A stretch of 64,000 nucleotides of DNA, from assembly GCA_021324735.1 (NCBI GenBank), contig JAJPIO010000011.1, forward strand, positions 22,612 through 86,611. Reading direction: 5' to 3'. The stretch's first letter is position 1. Each line of letters opens with the position of its first letter. This DNA comes from Bacteroidota bacterium. GTDB lineage: Bacteria > Bacteroidota > Ignavibacteria > Palsa-1295. The position numbers and the translations under genes are program-made. The notes under the pieces were generated by a model. The model was not told the origin of the DNA. It saw only the letters and a list, made by a program, of their open reading frames with translations, and searched no databases. Below are positions 9,203 to 18,300 of this stretch, piece after piece.

Positions 9203-10507
9203 ATGAACCTCAATCTTGGAAAATACTCACTCACATTAAAACGAACGAAGCCTCCGAGCGCACAAGAACGCGCGCAGGCAAGCAGTGTCGGGAGCGGCTT
9301 GTTGCCGTGGCCGCCAGGCGGCGTGCCGGCGGTCTATCCCTCGGCTCGCGAAGATCTCGTCGAAAATTTCCAGCAAATTCGCGAGACCGTTGCTATTTGC
9401 ATGCACGCTCGAAGCGAGGCGATCGGGCGAGGGAAATTTCATGCCCTCGACAGATCCGGTAACGGACCACGGGTAAAAGGTAACGGACCGCGGGTAAAGG
9501 GTAAGGATCCGGCTCAACTAAGCCTTTTCCCATCTCCCTTGTCTAGCGACCATCCTCTATCGAAGCTTCTCGCGAATCCGAATCCGCTCTTCGACATGAG
9601 CGATCTGCTCGAGCTGTCGAGCCAATGGCTCGATGCGACGGGCAATTCGATCTGGTTAAAGGTACGCGATGGCAACGGTACCGTCGTTGAGCTATGGCCC
9701 GCAAGCTCGCTTTCGTTCATCATCGATCGCGGCAACGACGGACTTCCGCTCTCGTACCGCTTCCTGCCTTCGAATACCATCATTCCGGCAAACGATGTCA
9801 TTCATATTCGGCGCCCGGATATTCGGATGAGCCCGTTCTTCGGTCACGGCGTAATTTCGGACATCCTCGATACTGCCAAAGCCGATACGGCGGTCCGTCT
9901 TTTTCAATCTCGATTTTTCGAGAACGACGCATGCCCACGAGCGGTGCTCCGCTGGCCGCCAGGGGCACTTATGACGCAGGACGAAATGGACCGACTTCGC
10001 AATGCATGGGAATCGAAATACGCCTCACCGGCGAACGCAGGGCGCATCGGAATACTGCCGGATGGCGGCGAAGTGCAGCTGCTCGGCTCCGGCGCGAAAG
10101 AGCTCGATTTCTCGCGCTCGAAAGAAGAGCTCCGCAATGCTATTCGCGAGGCGTTTCGCGTACCGAAAATATTTTTTGGCGATACCGATAATGTCAATCT
10201 TTCGAATGCGGAAACGAGCTATTCGGTCTTCATGCGCGATGTCGTCGATCACGCGCTTGCCAAACATGCGCAGGCGCTTACGCGCGGATTAGCCGCGGAA
10301 TTCGAATCACCCGATCGCCCGGCTGGAAATATCATCATCGAGCATGAATCGCTCGTGACCGAATCCGACGATCGATTCCTCGCTCGTGTAGCGGAGCTAA
10401 AACAAGCGATGACGATCGACGAACAGCGGGCCCTTGTGGGACTCACTCCGCTCTCCAATGGCCGCGGCAACGCCTTTATTCTTGGAAATCAGATCATTGC
10501 TCCATAA
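9203..10507 (+). CDS. Phage portal protein (HK97-family-like)
   Basis: 434-aa ORF in the terminase-portal-protease-capsid order. The central and C-terminal regions are portal-like. It contains an 18-bp tandem repeat encoding GNGPRVKGNGPRVKG. Confidence 0.8.
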   Translation: MNLNLGKYSLTLKRTKPPSAQERAQASSVGSGLLPWPPGGVPAVYPSAREDLVENFQQIRETVAICMHARSEAIGRGKFHALDRSGNGPRVKGNGPRVKGKDPAQLSLFPSPLSSDHPLSKLLANPNPLFDMSDLLELSSQWLDATGNSIWLKVRDGNGTVVELWPASSLSFIIDRGNDGLPLSYRFLPSNTIIPANDVIHIRRPDIRMSPFFGHGVISDILDTAKADTAVRLFQSRFFENDACPRAVLRWPPGALMTQDEMDRLRNAWESKYASPANAGRIGILPDGGEVQLLGSGAKELDFSRSKEELRNAIREAFRVPKIFFGDTDNVNLSNAETSYSVFMRDVVDHALAKHAQALTRGLAAEFESPDRPAGNIIIEHESLVTESDDRFLARVAELKQAMTIDEQRALVGLTPLSNGRGNAFILGNQIIAP

Positions 10508-10508
10508 T

Positions 10509-11069
10509 ATGAATATCCTCCACAAACAACTGATCGCAACCTCGGTCGATACTGCGCCATTGCCACACTCCGTTCGCAAGGACGGCAACATGAACCCTCG
10601 TCAGCGGTGGCTAAAGATGGCGACCGGCGACGTCGACCGAGCCGGTGACATTATCGTGATCGCCGGAATCGAGGCGGATAACTTCCTTAAGAATCCCCAA
10701 TTCCTCTGGCAGCACGGCGCGTCCGGCTCGCTCATCAATACGATCGGCCGCATTCTACAATTAGTACAAGCCGAGAATGCGCTCTATGCTCTCGCCGAAT
10801 ATGCGTCCGCCGAGCTATCACCGCTTGCCGAACAAGTCTATCAAATGGATGTGGCTGGCCTGCTGCCTGCCAATTCGATCGGCTTTCGTCCGCTTGAATA
10901 CGAAGCGAATGAGTTCGGCGGATTCACTTTCACCAAATGGGAGCTCGTCGAATGCTCCAAAGTCGAACTGCCGATGAATCCAAATGCAGTGGACAACGGA
11001 GAGTGGAGAATGGAGAACTCTCTCTCTTCGGGTTCTGCAGATCTTGCAGTCGTTTGGCTGCTCCAATAA
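10509..11069 (+). CDS. Prohead maturation protease, HK97 family (peptidase U35)
   Basis: DRAGDIIVIAGIEADNFLKNPQFLWQHGASGSLINTIGRI matches the U35 signature (D..GD.i..GAF...L...P.LLW.H....PIG). The start codon overlaps the portal stop (TAATATG). Confidence 0.7.
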   Translation: MNILHKQLIATSVDTAPLPHSVRKDGNMNPRQRWLKMATGDVDRAGDIIVIAGIEADNFLKNPQFLWQHGASGSLINTIGRILQLVQAENALYALAEYASAELSPLAEQVYQMDVAGLLPANSIGFRPLEYEANEFGGFTFTKWELVECSKVELPMNPNAVDNGEWRMENSLSSGSADLAVVWLLQ

Positions 11070-11141
11070 ATGCGATACGTATCTGATAAGCAACGTATCC
11101 CAATTCTCCATTCACCACTCTCCATTCTTCATTTTTTTTAT

Positions 11142-11210
11142 GAGCGTAAGCTAAAGCATACGCCTACGAATTCACCCCTACGAGCGTAAGCTGAAGCTTA
11201 CGACTACCAC
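11142..11210. repeat. Repeat R4 (two tandem hairpin units of the R-family)
   Basis: GCGTA-agctaaagca-TACGC and CGTAAGC-tgaa-GCTTACG. Stems stay paired through compensatory substitutions relative to R1-R3. It lies between the protease and capsid genes. Confidence 0.65.
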
Positions 11211-11231
11211 ATTTCTCTTTAGTTTTTTCCA

Positions 11232-12497
11232 ATGAATATCAACGAACAAGACAACACCATCACCGCAACACGCGACGAATTCAATACCATCATCGACAAA
11301 GCGCTCGACCGAAAACTCAAGTCAATCCCGGATCGAAGCGCCATAACTGCGCTCAGTTCTAAGTCCTCAGTTCTTAGTTCTGAATCGGGAATATCTCCAT
11401 CACTCGGGAGCACTCAGGACTCAGCACTTAGCGCTAAGATTCAGAAGACATTTCGATTCTTCAATGCTGTAGCGCAGAACGATCATGCCACACTGCGATC
11501 GATCATGCAGAGTTACGAGCCGGAATACGTTCGTACACTTTCGCCGCAGGTCGAAGGAACGGCCTCTGCCGGTGGCTATCTCGTGCCACCGGAATTCTAC
11601 TCCGATGTTCTCTTCCTGCTGAACGAATACGGCTTCGCACGTAAGTATTGCGCGCAGATCCAAATGTCGTCGAACGTGCTGAATGTATCGACGCTCACCG
11701 GCAAGCCCTCCGTTTCGTGGGTAAGCGAGACCAGCACGATCCCAACCAGCAAAGGCACCTTCGGACGCCTCACGCTCACCGCGCAAAAGCTGGCAGCCAT
11801 CTATCCGATCTCTAACGAACTCCTGCAGGACGCGAATGTCGATGTCTACAATACGATTCTTCGCATCTTTGTCGAAGTTTTCGGCGCGGAGGAAGATACC
11901 CAGGTCTTCCGCGGCGTTGGCTCTCCGTTCACCGGCATTCTCAACACCGACGGAGTATCGACCACTTATTTAGGCGCAAGCTCGACCTCCGGTAAAACGA
12001 AATATACTGATATCACGCTCGACGATCTCATCAATCTCGTTCAGTCGATCGGTCCGGCGCAGCAGCGCGACGCCGTGCTCTTTGTCGAGCAAAACACGCT
12101 CACCGATCTTCTCAAGAAAAAGGATTCGCAGAGCCGCTACTTGTGGGATATTGCAACGTCGAACGACCCACAGATTAGTGGCGCGAATGGATTCAGCGCA
12201 ACGAACCTGAAATTCCACGGATATCCGGTGGTAGCGCTGCCAAACGGAGTTATCATCGAGAGTTATGATGGCTCGAGCCACCCGAGCACACCATTCGCAC
12301 TCTTCGGCAACCTCAAGACAGCCGGCTGTTGGCTTGGCTCGCGCGGCGGAATGGAAATGCGTATTTCCTACGACGCTTCCTCCGATAACATGAACGCCTT
12401 CACCAACGATCTGCAGCTTCTCCGTGTGACGGAACGCATTGCCTTTGGCGTCGGCCAGCCGGGATACCTTGCGGTGCTTTCAACGAGTGCGTCGTAA
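11232..12497 (+). CDS. Major capsid protein, HK97 fold, with an N-terminal delta/scaffolding-like region
   Basis: 421 aa. The motif SAGGYLVPPEFYSDV is characteristic of HK97-family capsid proteins. The N-terminal ~100 aa are predicted helical and fit a delta domain. The gene follows the protease. Confidence 0.85.
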   Translation: MNINEQDNTITATRDEFNTIIDKALDRKLKSIPDRSAITALSSKSSVLSSESGISPSLGSTQDSALSAKIQKTFRFFNAVAQNDHATLRSIMQSYEPEYVRTLSPQVEGTASAGGYLVPPEFYSDVLFLLNEYGFARKYCAQIQMSSNVLNVSTLTGKPSVSWVSETSTIPTSKGTFGRLTLTAQKLAAIYPISNELLQDANVDVYNTILRIFVEVFGAEEDTQVFRGVGSPFTGILNTDGVSTTYLGASSTSGKTKYTDITLDDLINLVQSIGPAQQRDAVLFVEQNTLTDLLKKKDSQSRYLWDIATSNDPQISGANGFSATNLKFHGYPVVALPNGVIIESYDGSSHPSTPFALFGNLKTAGCWLGSRGGMEMRISYDASSDNMNAFTNDLQLLRVTERIAFGVGQPGYLAVLSTSAS

Positions 12498-12500
12498 CCT

Positions 12501-13082
12501 ATGCCTACTTTTACTTCTCCAGTGACCGTCGCCGATCTGCAGACGTATCTGCGAGACGTCTCGACGGACACGACCCTTCTCGGCTTTTACCAAACGCTGC
12601 TCGATACCGCGACCGAATCGGTCTACACCTGGCTCGACCGCGATTATACGGCGCTTGCAACGAAGACCGATCGCTTCTGGGGCGATGATACCGAGTTCTA
12701 CGCCCCGCATTATCCCGCGGGCAGCTTCGTGAGTTGGAGCTATATCGATATGAACGGCTTCGTCACCAGCCTCGACATTAGCGATCTCCTCATTCGAGCC
12801 AATGGCTATCTCGTGCAGGCAAAAACAAAGCGGTTCGTTTCGGGCGCAGAACATGCGATCACGTACAAGCAGCCCGCCACGCTCGTATGCCCGGAAACCG
12901 TAAAGCAGGTGATCGTCGAGATCGCAGCCCAGCTCTTCGATGAGAGCAATCAAGGCGCCGGCACACGCGGACTCTTATTGGCTACATCCAACGATGGCAT
13001 AAGCACCGATCGTGAGCGCTTCCTCGACCTCTCGGAGCGACACAAAGAAATGCTCCGGCCTTACAAACGCTATCCGGTCTAA
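12501..13082 (+). CDS. Head-tail connector/adaptor (gp6-like) with extra C-terminal sequence
   Basis: The N-terminus VTVADLQTYLRDVSTDTTLLGFYQTLLDTATESVYTWLDRDY matches the gp6-like connector pattern. At 193 aa it is about twice the usual length. Located directly after the capsid gene. Confidence 0.55.
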   Translation: MPTFTSPVTVADLQTYLRDVSTDTTLLGFYQTLLDTATESVYTWLDRDYTALATKTDRFWGDDTEFYAPHYPAGSFVSWSYIDMNGFVTSLDISDLLIRANGYLVQAKTKRFVSGAEHAITYKQPATLVCPETVKQVIVEIAAQLFDESNQGAGTRGLLLATSNDGISTDRERFLDLSERHKEMLRPYKRYPV

Positions 13083-13163
13083 CAATGCTGAAGGATGGAT
13101 TATAAACGGCGAGAGAAGCTCTCACAACCGATCATAATTCATCCTTCCTAATTCGCAATTCCC

Positions 13164-13607
13164 ATGACAAGAGAACTTCTCTTCTTCAATAACTTCGAGA
13201 CACAATTTGGCGAGTTTAGCGGGTGGCGTTCGCTTGCCGAGCAACGCGGTGTGAAAGATCTTGCACCCGGCGATTATCCTGGCTTCGAGGTCACTCCGGG
13301 CGAAGCCCGATATACCGAATACGATACCTACGGACATCCCTATGGCGGCGAGCAGGATTTTACGCTTCGCATCGTCTTCGCGCATCCGCAGTGTGCATTC
13401 CAACCGGTGCGTACGATGCACGCGGAGTTCGTCTCGCTCGTCGAGCAGTTTTTTACCGGCGGATACATCTCGCCAACGCTCGATCTCAGCGATCGCGCGC
13501 GGATCAATGGTATCACACTGCTCAAGATCGAATCACCGGTCACGAATAAGATCGCCACGCATACCACCATCATTGTGCGAGCACAATACTCGTTCACATT
13601 AATATAA
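13164..13607 (+). CDS. Hypothetical phage structural or head-completion protein
   Basis: 147-aa ORF co-oriented in the morphogenesis operon. It is preceded by the conserved ATAATTCATCCTTCCT upstream motif. No recognisable domain. Confidence 0.45.
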   Translation: MTRELLFFNNFETQFGEFSGWRSLAEQRGVKDLAPGDYPGFEVTPGEARYTEYDTYGHPYGGEQDFTLRIVFAHPQCAFQPVRTMHAEFVSLVEQFFTGGYISPTLDLSDRARINGITLLKIESPVTNKIATHTTIIVRAQYSFTLI

Positions 13608-13644
13608 AACAGAAGACGGAGTGATGAATGGTGAGTGATGAACG

Positions 13645-14178
13645 GTGAATGATACTTTCCGGCGACGCCTATTTCAGCCTACCTTTACCCTTACCCTTTA
13701 CCCCATACCCTACTCTATCCTCTGTCATCTATCCACTACCCTGATGACCAATCTCTTTCTTCGGTATCGCATGACCGATACCGACCCGTGGACCACATTT
13801 CCGGACATCACCAGCGCGTTTCCCGGTCAGCCTACGGGCAGCTTGCCGGTCTCTTCCACGACCATCGCAAGTGAGCCGCTTACCGTCGAGCCCGGCGCTG
13901 GTGGACAACTCTATCTCGAATTCCCTACCACCGACGACGACCATCTTGCCCTGCGGGTAACATGCCCGCCTATTCCTCTCGCGTTAGCAACGACGATCCT
14001 AACATTCCTCATGCAATATCGTCTTGCGCCATCGCATGAAGCAAAGCACGAGCGGTTCGGGCAAGGTGGCTTCATCAGTGCTTCACTTTCGCTCATCAAA
14101 GCGCAGGAGCGCAATGGCATGCTGCATTTGGAGTTTCGCCTTGTAGCAACGATGAACGATGCTCTAATCAACTTCTAA
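13645..14178 (+). CDS. Hypothetical phage protein; the start codon may be internal (13744 or 13771)
   Basis: ORF in the operon with no motif. Alternative in-frame ATG codons lie closer to a plausible N-terminus. Confidence 0.4.
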   Translation: MNDTFRRRLFQPTFTLTLYPIPYSILCHLSTTLMTNLFLRYRMTDTDPWTTFPDITSAFPGQPTGSLPVSSTTIASEPLTVEPGAGGQLYLEFPTTDDDHLALRVTCPPIPLALATTILTFLMQYRLAPSHEAKHERFGQGGFISASLSLIKAQERNGMLHLEFRLVATMNDALINF

Positions 14179-14179
14179 T

Positions 14180-14794
14180 ATGCTCTATACTCTCTTATTA
14201 CTCGCACTCTCGCCCACCACGTCCGTCGAGCAAGCGGTACAACACGCTTTAGCAGCGGATTCCCTCGCAGCCCGGCAAACAATGCTCGTTCCTTTTCGCG
14301 AAGAGATCGACCGTGCGGCCGCAAAATACACACTGCCCTCTTCGCTTATTGCTGGTGTTATACAGGAAGAATCTCGCTTCGATGAATGGGCGACGAGAAG
14401 CGAACCCGGTTATCTCGCGAACAAACGCATTCGGCATGAAGCGATACGCTGGGCGCGCGTGCATCCCGGCAGCGCGACCGCACTCACCGAACTCAACGAT
14501 CGCTCCCGATCGTACGGCCTCATGCAGATCATGGGTGAGACCGCACGGCAGCAGGGCTGCTCAATGCGGTTCCTCGCTGAACTCTACATGCCCGACAGCG
14601 CTATCGATCACGGTGCGCGATTACTGAAACGCCTTATCCTTCGGTATCACGGCGATACACTTTCGGCTATCAGCGCGTATAACCAGGGCAGTGCACGTAA
14701 GCGGCGCGGCACATTCGCTAATGCTCGTTATGTCTATCGGGTAACCGTCGCATGGCGCGCGTACGATACTCTCTTCCGGAAAGGAGATGAGTAA
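14180..14794 (+). CDS. Lytic transglycosylase (SLT domain) with signal peptide
   Basis: Catalytic motif AGVIQEESRFD, plus GLMQIMG and SAYNQG. Has an N-terminal signal peptide. Confidence 0.8.
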   Translation: MLYTLLLLALSPTTSVEQAVQHALAADSLAARQTMLVPFREEIDRAAAKYTLPSSLIAGVIQEESRFDEWATRSEPGYLANKRIRHEAIRWARVHPGSATALTELNDRSRSYGLMQIMGETARQQGCSMRFLAELYMPDSAIDHGARLLKRLILRYHGDTLSAISAYNQGSARKRRGTFANARYVYRVTVAWRAYDTLFRKGDE

Positions 14795-15291
14795 TGCAGA
14801 TCAAATGGCAATATGCAGCAGCGCTCGTTGGCATTGCTTTCTTCATTGGTGTGCTGATCTCTTACAGAAGCTCTGCACCAACAACCAACGGCATCTCACA
14901 CGAGAAGCAAGTCTACCGGATGAGATTTGACACTGCGAAAACAACTGTGGCTGTGCCAGTGGGACGCATACGACTACGAGGACCGATGGCGCACAAACTG
15001 GCTGCTGATTCTACAACAAGCATCGCGTGCTTAGATACTATTCTGAGAATGGATACTACGGCCTTAGCGCCGGATACCCTCTCTGTTTGTTTTGCGCGAG
15101 ATACCTTCTCACTTCGGTTGGGCTTTAGCCCGAGGCAGAAAGAAGTATCGGTGCCGTATATCGCACACGATACATTCTACTCGCAGATCGATACGATCCG
15201 TATTGCCGGGGGAAGCTCGCGAGCGTGGTACGATGATGCGCTTATTATCATCCTTTCTATTGCCGCAGGAATAATTCTGGGACGGCTATAA
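14794..15291 (+). CDS. Membrane protein with N- and C-terminal transmembrane helices (possible lysis accessory)
   Basis: Translationally coupled to the transglycosylase (TAATG overlap). Transmembrane helix at residues 8-24 and a C-terminal helix ALIIILSIAAGIILGRL. Confidence 0.45.
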   Translation: MQIKWQYAAALVGIAFFIGVLISYRSSAPTTNGISHEKQVYRMRFDTAKTTVAVPVGRIRLRGPMAHKLAADSTTSIACLDTILRMDTTALAPDTLSVCFARDTFSLRLGFSPRQKEVSVPYIAHDTFYSQIDTIRIAGGSSRAWYDDALIIILSIAAGIILGRL

Positions 15292-15325
15292 GAATGCGAT
15301 AAAAAGCATAGCCATAAAAAGAGAA

Positions 15326-15354
15326 CGGGTAACGAGCATATCACTCGTTACCCG
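15326..15354. terminator. Bidirectional intrinsic terminator between the head module and the convergent cargo gene
   Basis: Perfect 11-bp inverted repeat CGGGTAACGAG-catatc-CTCGTTACCCG, flanked by T-rich or A-rich tracts on both sides. Confidence 0.6.
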
Positions 15355-15378
15355 CTTCTTATTTGCGTTACTTAACCT

Positions 15379-18300
15379 TTAATCCTTCTGCAGGATAAAC
15401 TTACGAATGACCGTATAACCGTTCATCGTAATGCGCGCGAAGTACGTGCCTTCGGACATATTCTGCGTCGGAATGGAGAGCGTATGTTCGCCCTTCTCCA
15501 TCGGGCCATTTGCAATCTGCGAAACCGAAGCACCGAGCAAGTCAACCACATCGACCGAGACGTTCGCTTCGAGGTTCGTCGTGAATTTCAGCGTAGCCGC
15601 ACTCGAGCCTTTATGTGCCGGATTCGGAATGACCTCGATGCCCTGCATCGGCTGTAGCTTGCCTTGCAACGCGATCATCATGATCGAATCCGAACATGTA
15701 AGATTGAGTCGGACTGGCACTACGTCGCCAGCCGATTGAGCAGACATGCTGCAACGACCAAAGTTTGGATCGGACTGGTTGAACGCCGATTGGCCAATGC
15801 TAACCGTACCTTGGTCAGTATTACTGATGGAAGGCACCATTGTAACTGTCGCAAGATCGGAATTCGCTGGAAGACCAGTATTGGGAATACCTGTAATCTT
15901 GATTACCATTGGTCCCGTCGCACTAGTCGATTGATCAGCTGCAGTTGCAACGCTTTGTATCGGCTTGTTCCTCGTTAAAATACCGGTTGGATACTGAAGC
16001 TGAATTGTGAGATCCGTCGCACCAGTACCTGCTGGTATCGGCTCAACATTAATGATTTTAAAGACCGCCTGTTGTACGCCATCCACTCTAATCGGCATTG
16101 CATTCGATGAAGCATCGAGTGCCAATCCAAGATGAATATTATACTGTGAGCCCGTCGTCACACCAATTAGATGCAGCGTCACTGTTCCGTGATCGGTATT
16201 GATAGTTAGTATATCGTTATCGCTACCGGTTGCATCGGGATTGTATTGTAAAGTGATCTGAATGGATTGACCACTGGTTAACGTGACGGGACCCGTAAAC
16301 CCGCTCAGTGAGAACTTACTTCCGCCTGCCAACGACACATTGTTAACGATCACGGTACCGTTATTCGCAGTTATCGTATAGGTCTTTTTCAATATCACAC
16401 AACGCGGTGTCGAGTAATTACTATCGAGCGGTTGCGGCCCGAGCGTAAATGTCGTCACCTGATGCGTCGAGCAATCGCGGAAGGTTACCGAATACGGCTC
16501 CGTGATCGTGCGGCCGCTGATATCTGTCAGTGTGATCGTGCCGGAAAGCGTCTGTCCAACAGTACCGGTAAAGTGTACTGTAAAGACCTGGTTACTGCCG
16601 GTATTGATCGTCACTGGAAGCGTCGGGCTTGCGAGGCTTACCCCACTACCAGCCGCGAAGGTCTGAATGATGAACGGCAAGCAATCGCCGCCATTAGCGA
16701 CCGTAAACGTGAGATCGGTATCGCCACACGGGTTAGCCGCGAGCGCCGTCGGAAGTACGTTGGAGACGATCGAAGGAGGCAATATTTTACCGATCACCGT
16801 GAAGGATGTGCTCGGCGCCTCTTGTCCGCCAGTGCTCGTAACCCCAAACGTGATCTGGTCGGTATCGCTAGCTCCGTTTACAGTAGTATCCGAAAGCGAT
16901 TGCGGCTTCAGACACACCGTAAAGTGCAGCGAGTCCTTTGCACGGATCGTATCATTGTCAAGCGTTACCCGGAACGCCGCATGGGTCGGTCCCGTCAGGA
17001 GCCGGATGAGGCCAGGCGTACACGAGGTATTCAGTATCGTACCGCGAATACAGTTCGAATCGCAATAGCGGATCGTGCCAAGAGCTAACGTGTCCGGTCC
17101 ACCGATTGAGGCGACTACACCGGTTATGCAATGTGCGTGCATACCAATGATCTGCGGTCCTTTGGTATCTTCCGCATACGTCAGGACGATACTTCCGGTG
17201 TTATCCTGATCGCTGCCCGTGCAGGAGCACGGAATATAGCGAATCGTGATCGCCGTATCGTGGCCAGGTTTGAGTGAGAACGGCAGCGTCGGTCCCGACA
17301 CCATTTGGAAATTCGAAGCGCCCGTCAACTGGATCTTCGTCAATGTGAGCGGCACGCAGACCGGGCTGATCTTTAGCGTTCGCGTTTGTGACGAATCACA
17401 GCAACTGACCCCTCCAAATTCGATCTTACTGGGGCTTACCGCCCCTTCATACGTAATAGCATTTTGAACATTGAATGAGACCGAGATAGAGGTATCAAAG
17501 TGTTCAACAGAGGCACACTGAGTACCAGTGGTCCCGACATTGAAATGGAATGTAAAGGTCGCGTTATGCTGTCCCGGATCACACTTGGGAATAAGTACCG
17601 GTATCTTGAGCAGATTATATGGTCCGATCTTGATCGGGAAGTGCAAGGGCGGCTTCGACCCAAGGCTATCGATCTGGAAGTAACTGCCCTGCGGACCTGT
17701 AACGTCGATACCTTGCAAGATAATGGTATCGCAGGTCGTATTGAGGAAGTAGACCGCTGAATCATGGATCGAGCAGCAGTCTTTTACATTCTCGTTGAAC
17801 CCTCGAAGTGTTACGCCAACCGTCGTCGTCGTTACACCGGTCACACTGAAGCTAGTCCCGACAAAGGTGGTATCGCATCGTGCTCGCACGTTAACACCAA
17901 TGCTGGGCGCTTGACCAGGCGTCCTTCGTAGAGTGCCAGCAAAGTACACGTGTACATCGGCGCAATCGCCAGGTCCTAAACGGAAGGGCGTTGACGGCGC
18001 AAGTAACTGGATGATACATTGATCGCCGGTAACATCGAATCCGTCGACCTGCATGTTTTCACAACAACTTTGATTACAGATCTGGAGGACGGTATCAAGC
18101 TGAGTACACGCTGGCTCTCGAATATTGATCTTATTCGGAACAGCAGTAATTTTCGATGCAACACCAGCGCCAGTCACGTGGACAATAGTATCTACCGGTA
18201 CGCCATTACGAGTAAAATGGAAATGGTAATCTGCCGCATCGGACGACGGTGTTGTCGGTCGATATTGAATATCGATCGACGTGCTAACTGGAAGCGACGG

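Noticed and set aside
9466-9505. 18-bp tandem repeat (GNGPRVK x2.6) in the portal N-terminal region
   Set aside because: Short in-frame slippage repeat in a probably disordered N-terminal segment. No functional implication can be supported.
16432-17088. 218-aa plus-strand ORF
   Set aside because: Antisense to the BNR-repeat cargo gene. Arg-rich.
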